NCBI GenBank assembly: GCA_003220225.1
Contig: QHRU01000045.1
Coordinates: 2,586-66,585, forward strand
Direction of reading: 5' to 3'
DNA length: 64,000 nucleotides
Source: Candidatus Rokuibacteriota bacterium
GTDB taxonomy: Bacteria > Methylomirabilota > Methylomirabilia > Rokubacteriales > CSP1-6
Below the pieces are notes generated by a model. It made no database searches. It saw only the letters and a program-made list of their open reading frames with translations, and was not told the origin of the DNA. Of this stretch, positions 32,951-44,999 are shown one piece after another. The position numbers and the translations under genes are program-made. Numbering within the stretch: the first letter of the stretch is position 1; every line of letters begins with the position of its first letter.

Positions 32951-33821
32951 GCTCGTACGCGAGCGTCGTCCAGCCCTCGATCGACCGCGCCTCGACGCGC
33001 CGGAAGCCGTACGCCGCCAGCGCGGCCGTGACGTCGTCGGCCTCGGCGTCGAGACAGCCGCCCGCCACCAGCGCGCCGCCGGCGGCCACGAGCCGCGCGT
33101 AGCACGGCGCCAGCGCGCGATGCGCGGCGGCGAGGAGGTTGGCGAGCACCAGCGGCGCGGGCTCGGCGTCCAGCGCCGCGGCGTCGGCGCCCTCGCACGT
33201 CACGTGGGCGCCGAGACCGTTGCGCTCGACGTTCGCGGTGGCCGACGCGACGGCGTCGGGGTCGGAGTCGATGGCGAGGACGTCCGGCACGCCGAGGCGC
33301 GCGGCGGCGATGGCGAGAATGCCCGAGCCCGTGCCGAGATCGATCGCCCGCGTGGGGCGGACGCGCTCGACGATCGTCTCGAGCAGCTCGAGACAGCCGG
33401 CGGTGGTCGCGTGCTGTCCCGTGCCGAACGCGCGCCCCGGCTCGAGGGTGAGCACGAGGCGCCCGTTGGCGGGGGGCGGCGTCTCCCACGGCGGCGCCAC
33501 CAGGAACCGGCGCCCGATCGGCAACGGCGCGAAGTGCGCGCGCCACGCGTCGGCCCAGTCGGTGTCGGCCACGTCGGCCACCGCCGGGCCTCCCGCGCGC
33601 GCGAAGCCGAGCGACTCCAGCGCGCCGAGGTAGAGGTCGATGCTCCGGGCGATCGCGTCGCTGTCGGCGGCCTCCGGGAAGAACGCGCGCAGCCGCGCGC
33701 GGCCCGCGGCGTTCTCTTCCTCCACGACGCCGAGGGCGCCGAGCTCCCAGACGAAGTTGGTGAGGCCTTCGGACGCGTCGGGGGAGACGGCGACCGTGAG
33801 CTCCCAGTAGCGGGAACTCAT
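32925..33821 (-). CDS. prmA: Ribosomal protein L11 methyltransferase
   Basis: DWADAWRAHF, LEPGRAFGTGQHATT, DLGTGSGILAIAA. Confidence 0.93.
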   Translation of the reverse strand: MSSRYWELTVAVSPDASEGLTNFVWELGALGVVEEENAAGRARLRAFFPEAADSDAIARSIDLYLGALESLGFARAGGPAVADVADTDWADAWRAHFAPLPIGRRFLVAPPWETPPPANGRLVLTLEPGRAFGTGQHATTAGCLELLETIVERVRPTRAIDLGTGSGILAIAAARLGVPDVLAIDSDPDAVASATANVERNGLGAHVTCEGADAAALDAEPAPLVLANLLAAAHRALAPCYARLVAAGGALVAGGCLDAEADDVTAALAAYGFRRVEARSIEGWTTLAYEHAPLRDRA

Positions 33822-33823
33822 GC

Positions 33824-34930
33824 TCAGCCCAGGAGCTTCTTCATTCTTTCGATGAACGCGCTGGCGAGCGGACCGCGCTGCTGCTCCCTGGAGGCCGCCT
33901 CGAACGCCTCCAGCGCCTCGCGCTGCTTGCCGCTGAGCTTCTGCGGCACCTCGAGCAGCAGGCGATAGCAGGCGTCGCCGTGCCCGCGCTCGCGCAGGCG
34001 CGGCATGCCCTTGCCGCGCAGGCGGAGCACCTGGTGAGGCTGGCTGCCGGCGGCGATCCTCAGCGTCTCGGTGCCGTTGAGGACGGGCACCTCGACCTCG
34101 GCGCCGAGGGCGAGCTGGGTGAACGACACCGGCAGGTCGCACAGGAGATCGATGCCGTGACGCGTGAAGATCGCGTGCTCGCGGATCCGCACGAGGACGT
34201 AGAGGTCGCCCGCGGGGCCGCCGTTGACGCCGCCCGACCCCTCGCCGGACACGCGCAGCTGCATGCCGTCGTCGATGCCGGGGGGGATCTTCACGTTCAG
34301 CACGTGCTCGCCGCGCCGCCGGCCCTCGCCGCGGCAGTCCCGGCACGGGCTCTTGTTGATCTGGCCCTCGCCGCCGCAGCGCGGGCACGGGCGCGCCACC
34401 GTGAGGAAGCCGTGGCTCATGCGGACCTCGCCACGGCCCTGGCACGTGTCGCACGTGGTCTTGTGCGTGCCCGGCTCGCTGCCGGTGCCCTTGCACGTCT
34501 CGCAGCGCTCGAGCCGCGGGATCTGGATCTTCGTCTCCAGCCCGGCCGCGGCGTCCTCGAGGGTGATCTTCAGCTCGTACTGGAGGTCTTCGCCGCGCAT
34601 CGCGCGCGAGCGGCCGCGGCGCCCGCCGCCGGCGCCCGAGAAGAAGTTCTCGAAGATGTCCTCGAAGAGCGTGCCGAAGCCGCCCTCGAAGCCGCCGCCC
34701 GCGCCGGCGCCCGGCGCGCTGCCGAAGCGGTCGTAGTGCGCGCGCTTGTCCGGATCGGAGAGCACGCCGTACGCCTCGTTGACTTCCTTGAAGCGCTCCT
34801 CGGACTTCTTGTCGCCGGGGTTCTTGTCGGGATGGAACTGCATCGCGAGCTGCCGGTAGGCCTTCTTCAGCTCGGCATCGCTGGCGCCCTGCGAGACGCC
34901 GAGCACCTGGTAGTAGTCGCGCGTGGCCAC
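33824..34930 (-). CDS. dnaJ: Chaperone DnaJ
   Basis: J domain with HPD, G/F region, four CxxCxGxG repeats. Confidence 0.98.
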   Translation of the reverse strand: MATRDYYQVLGVSQGASDAELKKAYRQLAMQFHPDKNPGDKKSEERFKEVNEAYGVLSDPDKRAHYDRFGSAPGAGAGGGFEGGFGTLFEDIFENFFSGAGGGRRGRSRAMRGEDLQYELKITLEDAAAGLETKIQIPRLERCETCKGTGSEPGTHKTTCDTCQGRGEVRMSHGFLTVARPCPRCGGEGQINKSPCRDCRGEGRRRGEHVLNVKIPPGIDDGMQLRVSGEGSGGVNGGPAGDLYVLVRIREHAIFTRHGIDLLCDLPVSFTQLALGAEVEVPVLNGTETLRIAAGSQPHQVLRLRGKGMPRLRERGHGDACYRLLLEVPQKLSGKQREALEAFEAASREQQRGPLASAFIERMKKLLG

Positions 34931-35455
34931 CTAGGCCGCGTCCTCGTCGGGCGCCGCGGCCACCGCGACCAGCGCCGGGCGCAGGACCCGGCCCTGCAGC
35001 ACGTAGCCCGGCGCCGTCTCGCTCACGACGGTGTCGGGCGCCGCGTCCCCGCTCACCACCCGCGCGATCGCCTCGTGGCGCGTGGGATCGAAGGGCTGGC
35101 CGACCGCGGAGTAGCGGCTGACGCCCGCGCGCTCCAGCACGCGCAGCAGCTCGCGCTGGATCAGCTCCACGCCGGCCACCACCCCCTCGGCGCCCTTCGC
35201 CGCGTGCGCGGACGCGAGCGCGCGGTCCAGGTTGTCGAGGACGGGGATCAGCTCGCGCAGCAGCGACTCGTTGGCGTAGCGCACGCGGTCCTCGGCGTCG
35301 CGCTGCGCGCGCCGGCGGACGTTGTCGGCCTCGGCCATCGCGCGCAGCATGCGGTCCTTCTGCTCCGCGAGCTCCCGCTCGAGCTCCTGGATCCGGGTCT
35401 CGGGCTCGCCGGACGCGGCGCCGTCGTCGATGAGATCGCGCGGATCGTCGGCCAT
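34931..35455 (-). CDS. grpE: Nucleotide exchange factor GrpE
   Basis: LRAMAEADNVRRR, LIPVLDNLDRAL, FDPTRHEA, GRVLRPALV. Confidence 0.96.
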   Translation of the reverse strand: MADDPRDLIDDGAASGEPETRIQELERELAEQKDRMLRAMAEADNVRRRAQRDAEDRVRYANESLLRELIPVLDNLDRALASAHAAKGAEGVVAGVELIQRELLRVLERAGVSRYSAVGQPFDPTRHEAIARVVSGDAAPDTVVSETAPGYVLQGRVLRPALVAVAAAPDEDAA

Positions 35456-35459
35456 GGCC

Positions 35460-36482
35460 TCAGGAGGGGAGGTAGAGGTCCTGACGGACGCGCGAGAGCG
35501 CCTCCGTCACCTGCCGCGCCGTCTCGTCCACGATCGACATCACCTCGGGGTAGGGCAGGCGGCGCGGCCCGACGACACCGAGGATGCCCAGCACCTGATC
35601 GCGGTAGAGGTAGGTGGAGGTGATGAGCGTGCATTCGCGCATCGCGCCGACGGGGTTCTCCTCGCCGATGGTGACGCGCACGCCAGCGTCGCCCGACAGC
35701 GAGGTCATGAGGTCCGCCAGCCGCTCCTTCTGCTCGAAGGTCCGCAGCAGCGCACGCGTCTGCGCGATGTCCCAGAACTCCGGGTGGTCGAGGATGTTGA
35801 TGGCGCCGCTGACGTAGAGCGTGCGCCCGCGCAGCATGGCGACGATCTGCTCGGTCACGCCGCGCGCCCGCGTGTGCAGCGCGTCGAGCGGATCGGCGGG
35901 CGCGTTCTCCATGTCCACGATCTCCTCGACGCTGCGGTCGCGGAACCGGCGGGTGAGCTCGCGGCCGATGGCGCGTGCTTCCTCCGACGCCAGCGGCGGA
36001 TCGAGCGCGATCTCGCGCACGGTGATCCAGCCGGCGTCGGTGGCCACCACCGCGAGCGCGCGGTCCTCCTCGAGCGGCATGAGATCGACGCGCGCGATCA
36101 CCGTCTGCGCCAGCGGCGGCGCCAGCAGCAGGCCGGTCAGCCGCGTCGCCGTCGACAGGTGCGACGACGTGCGCTCCATGAACCCGTCGATGCCCGAGCG
36201 CCGCGTGGGGAGCGCGGCGCTGCCCGGCTTGCCCCCCGCCGACGGCGGCGGGAAGGAGTCCACGTAGAAGCGGTACGCCTTGTCGGTCGGGATGCGCCCG
36301 GCGCTCGTGTGCGGCTGCGCGAGATAGCCCATCTCTTCCAGGTCCGCCATGACGTTGCGGATCGTCGCCGGCGAGAGGTGCGGGAAGTGGCGCTTGGAGA
36401 GCACCCGCGAGCCGACCGGCTCGGCCGAGTCGACGTACTCCCGGATCAGAGCGACGAGAACGTCCCGTTGGCGCGCGTCCAT
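35460..36482 (-). CDS. hrcA: Heat-inducible transcription repressor
   Basis: EPVGSR, SPATIRNVMADLEEMGYLAQPHTSAGRIPTDKAYRFYVD, GVVGPRR. Confidence 0.97.
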   Translation of the reverse strand: MDARQRDVLVALIREYVDSAEPVGSRVLSKRHFPHLSPATIRNVMADLEEMGYLAQPHTSAGRIPTDKAYRFYVDSFPPPSAGGKPGSAALPTRRSGIDGFMERTSSHLSTATRLTGLLLAPPLAQTVIARVDLMPLEEDRALAVVATDAGWITVREIALDPPLASEEARAIGRELTRRFRDRSVEEIVDMENAPADPLDALHTRARGVTEQIVAMLRGRTLYVSGAINILDHPEFWDIAQTRALLRTFEQKERLADLMTSLSGDAGVRVTIGEENPVGAMRECTLITSTYLYRDQVLGILGVVGPRRLPYPEVMSIVDETARQVTEALSRVRQDLYLPS

Positions 36483-36492
36483 CTACTCGATT

Positions 36493-37668
36493 TTACAGCA
36501 GGTCGACAAACAGCGCGTCCGAGAGGATGAACCCGGACTCCGTCAGGCGCGCCCCCGCACCCTCCAGCAGCAGGTGACCCGCGTCGCGCCACTCCTCGAT
36601 CCGGCGCGCCAGGGTGGGCTCGCCGGCCGTGCGCTCGGCCAGCCAGGCCGCCGGCACGCCGTCGCTCGTGCGCAGCCCCAGGATCAGGCGCTCGGCTAGG
36701 CGCTGGCGCGGCGTGAGGCGCTCGGAGGTCTCGACGGGCAGCGTGCCCGCCTCGATGGCGGCGCGCCAGCGCGCGAGCGGCTTGATGTTGCCGTAGCGCA
36801 CGTCGCCCACGAACCCGCAGCCGCCGGGCCCGGCCGCGAGGTACTCGGCGGCGCGCCAGTAGCCGAGGTTGTGGCGTGCGCGGCGACCCGGCCGGGCGTA
36901 GTTGGAGACCTCGTAGTGCTCGAAGCCGCGGGCGGCGGCGGCGCGGACGAGGGCCCAGTACTGCGCGACGACCTCGTCCTCCCCGGGCAGGCCGTCCACG
37001 CCGCCGGCGCCCCACGGGCTGCCGCCGTCGAGCGTCAGCGCGTAGGCAGAGACGTGATCGGGCCCCCAGTCGAGCACGCGCTCGACGTCGGCCGCCCACG
37101 CGTCGACCGCGAGTCCCGGCAGGCCGTACATGAGGTCCACGCTCACGTCGTCGCAGCCGGCCTCGCGGGCGGCCTCGAACGCCGCGCGGGCGCCGCGCGC
37201 GTCGTGCAGGCGTCCGAGCGTCTTGAGCACGGCGTCGTCGAGCGCCTGCACGCCGAGGCTCACGCGGGTGACGCCGGCCGCGCGATAACGCGCGAGCCGC
37301 CCGCGCGTCACGCTCTCCGGATTGCACTCGACGGTGATCTCGGCGTCGGGGGCCAGCCGCCAGCGCTCGCGCAGGTGCTCGAGCACGGCGGCCAGCGCCT
37401 CGGGCTCGAGCAGCGAGGGCGTGCCGCCGCCGAGGAAGACGGTGGCCAGGCTCATGTCGCGCGCCCAGTCGAGGGCGCCGAGCAGGTCGAGCTCGCCGTG
37501 CAGGGCGCGCAGGTAGGGATCCATCTGCCCCGCCTCCAGCGGCGCCGTGTTGAAGGAGCAGTAGTGGCAGCGCTGCACGCAGAACGGAACGTGCAGGTAG
37601 AAGCCGAGCGCGCGTCCGGTCGGTCGCGTGTCGGCGGGCCCTACGGGATGTAGCGCGCGAGTCTCCAC
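36493..37668 (-). CDS. hemW: Radical SAM heme chaperone HemW (HemN-like)
   Basis: YLHVPFCVQRCHYCSF, GGGTPS, ECNP, YEVSNYA, HNLGYW; start uncertain. Confidence 0.9.
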   Translation of the reverse strand: METRALHPVGPADTRPTGRALGFYLHVPFCVQRCHYCSFNTAPLEAGQMDPYLRALHGELDLLGALDWARDMSLATVFLGGGTPSLLEPEALAAVLEHLRERWRLAPDAEITVECNPESVTRGRLARYRAAGVTRVSLGVQALDDAVLKTLGRLHDARGARAAFEAAREAGCDDVSVDLMYGLPGLAVDAWAADVERVLDWGPDHVSAYALTLDGGSPWGAGGVDGLPGEDEVVAQYWALVRAAAARGFEHYEVSNYARPGRRARHNLGYWRAAEYLAAGPGGCGFVGDVRYGNIKPLARWRAAIEAGTLPVETSERLTPRQRLAERLILGLRTSDGVPAAWLAERTAGEPTLARRIEEWRDAGHLLLEGAGARLTESGFILSDALFVDLL

Positions 37669-38326
37669 CAGCGCAGCCAGTGCCGATCGCTGTCCCAGGA
37701 CCAGTAGATCAGGAACGCCTTGCCCTTGATCTTGTCCTTGCGGACGAACCCCCAGTAGCGGCTGTCCTGGGAGTTGTTGCGGTTGTCGCCCATGACGAAG
37801 TACGAGTCCGCCGGCACCACCGTCGGGTCGCAGGCGTACGCGTAGCCGCAGTAGGTCGACTGGCCGCGGTCGCCCAGCGGCCCGTCGAGGCGGCGCACGT
37901 ACGGCTCGACGAGCGCCCTGCCGTTGACGAAGACCTGGTCGCCGCGGACCTGCACGGTGTCGCCGGGCGTGCCGATGATGCGCTTGATGAAATCGCGCTT
38001 CTCGTCCTGGGGGTACTTGAAGACGATGATGTCACCGCGCGCGGGCGGCCGGAAGCCGGGCAGGCGGTAGTCGGTCAGGGGCAGCTCCGGCCCGTACAGG
38101 AACTTGTTCACGAGGATGTAGTCGCCCACGAGCAGCGTGTCCATCATCGAGCCCGAGGGGATGGTGAAGGCCTGGATGATGAGGGTGCGGATCACCAGCG
38201 CGAGCAGGATGGCGATGGCGATCGCCTCCGCGTACTCGCGAACGACGGACTTGCGCCGTCGCGCGCTGGTGACGGGCTCCGCCGTCACCTCGTTCGTCTT
38301 GTGGACCTCGCTCTCGCGCACGTCCA

Positions 38327-38327
<1 letters not shown>
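37641..38327 (-). CDS. lepB: Signal peptidase I
   Basis: IPSGSM.DTLLVGD, FIKRIIG.PGD, MGDNRNNSQDSRYWG. Confidence 0.96.
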
Positions 38328-40117
<1,790 letters not shown>

Positions 40118-40184
40118 CGGTTCAGTCTAACACGCTGCTCCGCGTCAACCGGGCGTCCCGAAAGGCGGAATGCGCCGCCCCGGG

Positions 40185-41279
40185 TCACCGGGGGACGGCC
40201 GTCAGGCGCGTGTGGTCGGGGACGACGGCGCCGGACTCGAGGATCACGCCGGGGGCGATGTCCACGTCGGCGCCGATGCGGGCGTCGGCGCCGATGACGC
40301 AGTCGCGCAGCACCGAGCCCTCGCCGACCTCGACGCGCTCCCAGAGCACGGCGCCCTCGACGCGCGCGCCGGCCGCGATGCGCGCGCGCTCGCCGAGGAC
40401 GGTCAGCGGTCCGATGCGCGCGCCCACCTGCACCGAGGCCTCGGCGCCGACGATGGAGGGCGCCTCCAGCCTCGCGCCGGTGGCCACGAACGCGCTCGGG
40501 TCGATCCAGCAGCCGTCGTGCAGCTCGCCGGGGGGCGCCAGTGGCGTCTTGACGTCGCCGGCGAGCAGATCGAGCTGCGCCGCGCGGTAGGCGGCGGGGC
40601 TGCCGATGTCGCGCCAGTACGCGTCCGCCGTCCAGCCGTAGCACGGCACGCCGTCGGCGATGAGGGCGGGGAAGAATTCACGCTCAATCGACACGACCCG
40701 GCGCGACGGGATGAGCGCGAGCAGCGCGGCGTCGAGGAGGTACACGCCCGCGTTGATCGTGTTGGTGGTGACCCGCTCGTCGGCCGCGGGCTTCTCGCGA
40801 AAGCGCTCCAGGCGCCCGTCGGACGCCGTCTCGACGAGGCCGTACGGCCGCGGGTCGCGCACGGGATACAGGAAGATCGTCGCGCGCGAGCCGCGCGCCT
40901 CGTGGAACGCGCGCATCGCCGACAGGTCGGCGTCGGTCAGCACGTCGCCGTTGAGCACCCAGACGGTGCCGCTGGCGAGATCCGCCGCGTTGCGGATGCC
41001 GCCCCCCGTGCCGAGCGGCTCCGCCTCGATCACGTAGCGCAGGCGCACGCCGAGGTGCTCGGCCTCGCCGAGCGCGGCGCGCACGTCGTCGACACGGTAG
41101 GAGCAGGCGAGAATCACGTCGGTCACGCCGTGCTGGCGCAGCAGCGCGAGCTGGTAGGTGAGGAAGGGACGGTTCAGGAGCGGCACCACCGGCTTGGCGC
41201 GGGCAAGCGTCAGCGGCCGCAGCCGGGTGCCCTGGCCGCCGGCCAGGATGACCGCCTGAGTGGCGGCGCCGGCGCTTAC
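40185..41279 (-). CDS. Sugar-phosphate nucleotidyltransferase (mannose-1-phosphate guanylyltransferase-like) with hexapeptide-repeat C-terminus
   Basis: AVILAGGQGTRLRPLT...KP, EPLGTGG, NGDVL, F.EKP, WRDIG; no canonical start codon near the N-terminal motif. Confidence 0.88.
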   Translation of the reverse strand, partial: VSAGAATQAVILAGGQGTRLRPLTLARAKPVVPLLNRPFLTYQLALLRQHGVTDVILACSYRVDDVRAALGEAEHLGVRLRYVIEAEPLGTGGGIRNAADLASGTVWVLNGDVLTDADLSAMRAFHEARGSRATIFLYPVRDPRPYGLVETASDGRLERFREKPAADERVTTNTINAGVYLLDAALLALIPSRRVVSIEREFFPALIADGVPCYGWTADAYWRDIGSPAAYRAAQLDLLAGDVKTPLAPPGELHDGCWIDPSAFVATGARLEAPSIVGAEASVQVGARIGPLTVLGERARIAAGARVEGAVLWERVEVGEGSVLRDCVIGADARIGADVDIAPGVILESGAVVPDHTRLTAVPR

Positions 41280-41446
41280 GCGCCGGGGGTCCAGGGCTGC
41301 GCCTCGCTGATCAGCATCACCGGGATCCCGTCCCGGATCGGGTAGGCCTTGCGGCAGGCCTGACAGATGATGCGGATCTCTTCGAAGATCAGGTTGCCCT
41401 TGCACGCCGGGCACACGAGGATCGCCTTCAGCTCCTCGTCGATCAC
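41276..41446 (-). CDS. Trm112-family (YcaR-like) small protein
   Basis: ILVCPACKGNL...CQACRKAYPIRDGIPVML; RBS AAAGGAGG before GTG 41446. Confidence 0.9.
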   Translation of the reverse strand: MIDEELKAILVCPACKGNLIFEEIRIICQACRKAYPIRDGIPVMLISEAQPWTPGA

Positions 41447-41514
41447 TTCGCACCTCCTTTCTTCCGTGGCGTCGGAGCGCCTTCGGAGGCCTCCGGCGCT
41501 CGACGGTCGGGCGG

Positions 41515-42471
41515 TCAGCCCGCCCGGCGGTCGGGCTTCGCGCTCAGTTTGCCCCTGAACCATTCGACCGTCAGCCTCAGGCCTTCATCCGTGTCCACGC
41601 GCGGCTCCCAGCCCAGCAGCGTGCGCGCGCGCGTGATATCGGGCTGGCGGACCTTCGGATCGTCCATGGGCAGCGGGCGGAACACGATCTCGCTGCGCGA
41701 GCCCGTGAGCCGGAGGATGCGCTTGGCGAGCTCAAGCAGCGTCATTTCTTGCGGGTTGCCGAGATTCACGGGCTCGTTCGCGGCCGCCTGCATGAGCCGC
41801 CACACGCCGTCGATGAGGTCGGTGATGTACTGGAACGAGCGCGTCTGCGACCCGTCGCCGAAGACGGTCAGCGGCTCGCCGCTCAGCGCCTGCGTCATGA
41901 AGGCCGGGATCGCGCGGCCGTCGTTGAGTCTCATGCGCGGGCCGAAGCTGTTGAAGATCCGCGCGATGCGCGTGTCCACGCGATGGACGCGATGGTAGGC
42001 CATCGTCATCGCTTCCGCGAAGCGCTTCGCCTCGTCGTACACGCCGCGCGGGCCGATGGGATTGACGTGGCCCCAGTAGTCCTCGCGCTGCGGGTGCACG
42101 AGCGGGTCGCCGTAGACCTCCGACGTGGAGGCCAGGAGGAACTTCGCGCCCTTGGCCCGGGCGAGGCCGAGCGCGTTGTGCGTGCCGAGCGCGCCGACCT
42201 TGAGCGTCTGGATCGGCAGCTCGAGGTAGTCCAGCGGCGAGGCCGGGCTCGCGAAGTGCAGGACCCACTCGATCGGCTCCTCGACCGCGATGTACTCGGT
42301 CACGTCCTGGCGGACGAAGCGGAAGCACGGCGCCGTCTCGAAGGCCGCGAGGTTGTCCGGCGAGCCGGTGATGAAGTTGTCCATGCCGACCACCTCGCAG
42401 CCGCGGCCCAGGAGGAACTCGCAGAGGTGGGAGCCGATGAAGCCGGCGGCGCCCGTGACGAGTACCCGCAT
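41515..42471 (-). CDS. UDP-glucuronate decarboxylase (UDP-xylose synthase) family SDR
   Basis: [48 protein letters not shown]. Confidence 0.92.
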   Translation of the reverse strand: MRVLVTGAAGFIGSHLCEFLLGRGCEVVGMDNFITGSPDNLAAFETAPCFRFVRQDVTEYIAVEEPIEWVLHFASPASPLDYLELPIQTLKVGALGTHNALGLARAKGAKFLLASTSEVYGDPLVHPQREDYWGHVNPIGPRGVYDEAKRFAEAMTMAYHRVHRVDTRIARIFNSFGPRMRLNDGRAIPAFMTQALSGEPLTVFGDGSQTRSFQYITDLIDGVWRLMQAAANEPVNLGNPQEMTLLELAKRILRLTGSRSEIVFRPLPMDDPKVRQPDITRARTLLGWEPRVDTDEGLRLTVEWFRGKLSAKPDRRAG

Positions 42472-42480
42472 GGCGGCGGC

Positions 42481-43794
42481 CTAGGAGGGCGGGAGGACGG
42501 GCTTGCGGCCGACCGAGTGGTATTCGAAGCCGAGACGGCGCATCCGCTCCGGCTCCCAGAGGTTGCGTCCGTCGAAGACGAGGGGGCGGCGCATGACCGC
42601 GCGCAGCCGCTCGAGGTTCAGGAACTTGAACTCGTTCCACTCCGTGACGAGGGCCACCGCGTCGGCGCCGGTGGCGGCGTCGTAGGGCGAGTCGCAGTAC
42701 TCGACGGCGCCCGGCAGCACGCGGCGCGCGTTGGCCGTGGCCACCGGGTCGTAGGCGCGCACGACGGCGCCGGCCGCGAGCAGCCCCGAGACCACCTCGA
42801 TGGACTTCGCGTCGCGCATGTCGTCGGTGTTGGGCTTGAAGGCCAGGCCGAGGACGGCGATGACGCGGCCGTCCATCGGGTTGAGCGCCTTCTCCATCGT
42901 CTCGACGAAGTGGCCCGCGCGCTCGCGGTTGACGTCCACCACCGCCCGCAGCATCGCGAAGTCGTAGCCGAGCGTGGCCGCGGTGGCCACCAGCGAGTCG
43001 GTGTCCTTGGGGAAGCACGAGCCGCCGAAGCCGAGGCCCGCCGACAGGAAGGCGGGGCCGATGCGCGGGTCGAGGCCCATGCCCTTCATGACCTGCGTCA
43101 CGTCGGCGCCCGCCAGCTCGCAGATGTTCGCGATGGCGTTGATGAACGAGATCTTGGCCGAGAGGAAGGCATTGGAGGCGTACTTGATCATCTCCGCCGA
43201 GGGCACGTCCACGATGATCATCGGCCGCTCGAGCGGCGCGTAGAGCTCCAGCAGCGACATGGCCACCTGCTGGGTCGGCGCGCCGATCACGATGCGGTCG
43301 GGCCGCAGCGTGTCCTCGATGGCCGAGCCCTCGCGCAAGAACTCGGGGTTGGAAACGACGTCGAACGGCACCCGCGTCTTCTGGTGGCGCTCGATCACGT
43401 CGCGCACGAAGTCGCCGGTGCCCACCGGCACCGTCGACTTGTTCACGACGACCGTGTAGCGCTCCATCGCCTCGCCGATGCCGCGCGCGACCTCGCCCAC
43501 GGCGGTGAGGTCGGTCTGGCCGTCGCTCTTGGGCGGGGTGCCGACCGTGATGAACACGATCACCGAGCGGCGGACGCCGTCCGCGAGGTCGGTCGAGAAC
43601 GACAGCCGGCCGTCGGCCACGTTGCGCGCGACCATCTCCTCGAGGCCCGGCTCGTAGATCGGCATGCGGCCCGCGCGCAGCTCGGCCACCTTGTCGGCCT
43701 GGTTGTCGACGCAGACGACCTCGTTGCCGAGGTCGGCGAACACCGCCCCCGTGACGAGGCCGACGTAGCCGGTTCCGACGACGCAGATATTCAT
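42481..43794 (-). CDS. ugd: UDP-glucose 6-dehydrogenase
   Basis: GTGYVGL, KSTVPVGT, SNPEFLREG, GFGGSCFPKD, FKPNTDDMR. Confidence 0.95.
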   Translation of the reverse strand: MNICVVGTGYVGLVTGAVFADLGNEVVCVDNQADKVAELRAGRMPIYEPGLEEMVARNVADGRLSFSTDLADGVRRSVIVFITVGTPPKSDGQTDLTAVGEVARGIGEAMERYTVVVNKSTVPVGTGDFVRDVIERHQKTRVPFDVVSNPEFLREGSAIEDTLRPDRIVIGAPTQQVAMSLLELYAPLERPMIIVDVPSAEMIKYASNAFLSAKISFINAIANICELAGADVTQVMKGMGLDPRIGPAFLSAGLGFGGSCFPKDTDSLVATAATLGYDFAMLRAVVDVNRERAGHFVETMEKALNPMDGRVIAVLGLAFKPNTDDMRDAKSIEVVSGLLAAGAVVRAYDPVATANARRVLPGAVEYCDSPYDAATGADAVALVTEWNEFKFLNLERLRAVMRRPLVFDGRNLWEPERMRRLGFEYHSVGRKPVLPPS

Positions 43795-43898
43795 GACGAA
43801 CCGGCACTCATTCTAGCAGGGGCGCGCCGGTCCTCGGACAAATCTGCCGGCGCTTTGGAGAATTTACTCTCGACTGCGAGCGGGTGAGCGGGCGGGAC

Positions 43899-44096
43899 TC
43901 AGGCCGCGAACGGACCGTCGTCGTCGGGGTCGGGAGCGTCGAGACCGTCGATCTGGATGCGGGCGTCCCGCACCGCGTCGCTCAGCGAATCGAACCGCTG
44001 GCCAGAGATCGAGATGGTATTGCTCTCGTCGCGCGCCTTCCAGATCCACTCCTGACCGCTGCGTCCGACCGGCCTGAACTCAACCTTGACCGCCAT
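43899..44096 (-). CDS. Small 65 aa protein, possibly DUF1508/YegP-like
   Basis: GGGGAG RBS and sigma54 promoter upstream; EWIWKARD...SGQRFDSLSDA loosely resembles DUF1508 (inference). Confidence 0.6.
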   Translation of the reverse strand: MAVKVEFRPVGRSGQEWIWKARDESNTISISGQRFDSLSDAVRDARIQIDGLDAPDPDDDGPFAA

Positions 44097-44147
44097 TGCC
44101 TGTCTCCCCTCGGGACCACGAGCTGCGTGGTCGGCGTCCACAAGGAA

Positions 44148-44163
44148 TGCAATGAGGGTGCCA
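44148..44163 (-). promoter_or_regulatory. Sigma54 -24/-12 promoter
   Basis: TGGCAC-CCTCA-TTGCA, exact consensus, about 50 nt upstream of ATG 44096. Confidence 0.8.
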
Positions 44164-44195
44164 CGCAGCAAGGCTTCGAACAGAGGCCGTCTTCT

Positions 44196-44996
44196 TCAGG
44201 CCGCTTCGTCGGCCTCGCGTTCGGCCCGGGCCCAACGGAAGAAAACCACTGTGAAGGCGACGACCGGAATGATGCCCGCCGGAACCCACATGATGACGCC
44301 GCCGAGCTGCTGGTCGGCCAGCGGCGTGAGGTCGAACACGCGGGGCGCCGCCGCGTAGTACGGGTAGAGCACGTGCTCGGCGCCCGTGATCAAGGCCGCC
44401 ACGACCGTCATCGGCATCCCGAACACGAACAGGTAGAGAATCTGGCCCGCGTACGGCAGCGCGGGCAGCCGCTCCGAGCGCGACAGGATCGGCCACCAGC
44501 CCAGCACGGAGGCGCCGAGCAGGACGAGATGCTCGACCACGTGCCAGGCGTGGGTCTCGAGCGCGGCGTTGTAAGGGCCGGGCAGGTGCCAGGCCACGAG
44601 CGCCACGCCGAAGGCGGCGAAGGCGGGCAGCGGGCGCGTCAGCCAGCGCAGCACGGGAGCGAGCCCGCGGAGCGACGCGGCGCGTCCGACGAGAGCGTCG
44701 AGCATGAAGCCCGGTGTGCCGGCGAGCCAGAGCGGCGGGACGACGAGCGTCAGCACGAGGTGCTGCACCATGTGCGCGGAGAAGAGGTAGTAGTCGCTCA
44801 GGTCGTGCAGCGGACCGTTCAGCGCAGCGAGCAGCGCCGCGCAGCCGGCGAAGAAGGCCAGCGGCGGCCCGAGCGGCGCGGGCCGCCGCGAGGCGACCGC
44901 GGCCCACGTATAGGCGGCCGCGAGCAGCACGACGCCCAGCAGGACGTCGAGGTGGACCTCGCCGCGGACCCAGGAGAAGGGCACCGGCGCCGCCAT
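44196..44996 (-). CDS. ctaG: Cytochrome c oxidase assembly protein (caa3-type CtaG family)
   Basis: LFSAHMVQHL, WHLP, DQQLGGVIMWVP; downstream of the cox genes. Confidence 0.88.
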   Translation of the reverse strand: MAAPVPFSWVRGEVHLDVLLGVVLLAAAYTWAAVASRRPAPLGPPLAFFAGCAALLAALNGPLHDLSDYYLFSAHMVQHLVLTLVVPPLWLAGTPGFMLDALVGRAASLRGLAPVLRWLTRPLPAFAAFGVALVAWHLPGPYNAALETHAWHVVEHLVLLGASVLGWWPILSRSERLPALPYAGQILYLFVFGMPMTVVAALITGAEHVLYPYYAAAPRVFDLTPLADQQLGGVIMWVPAGIIPVVAFTVVFFRWARAEREADEAA

Positions 44997-44999
44997 GCC

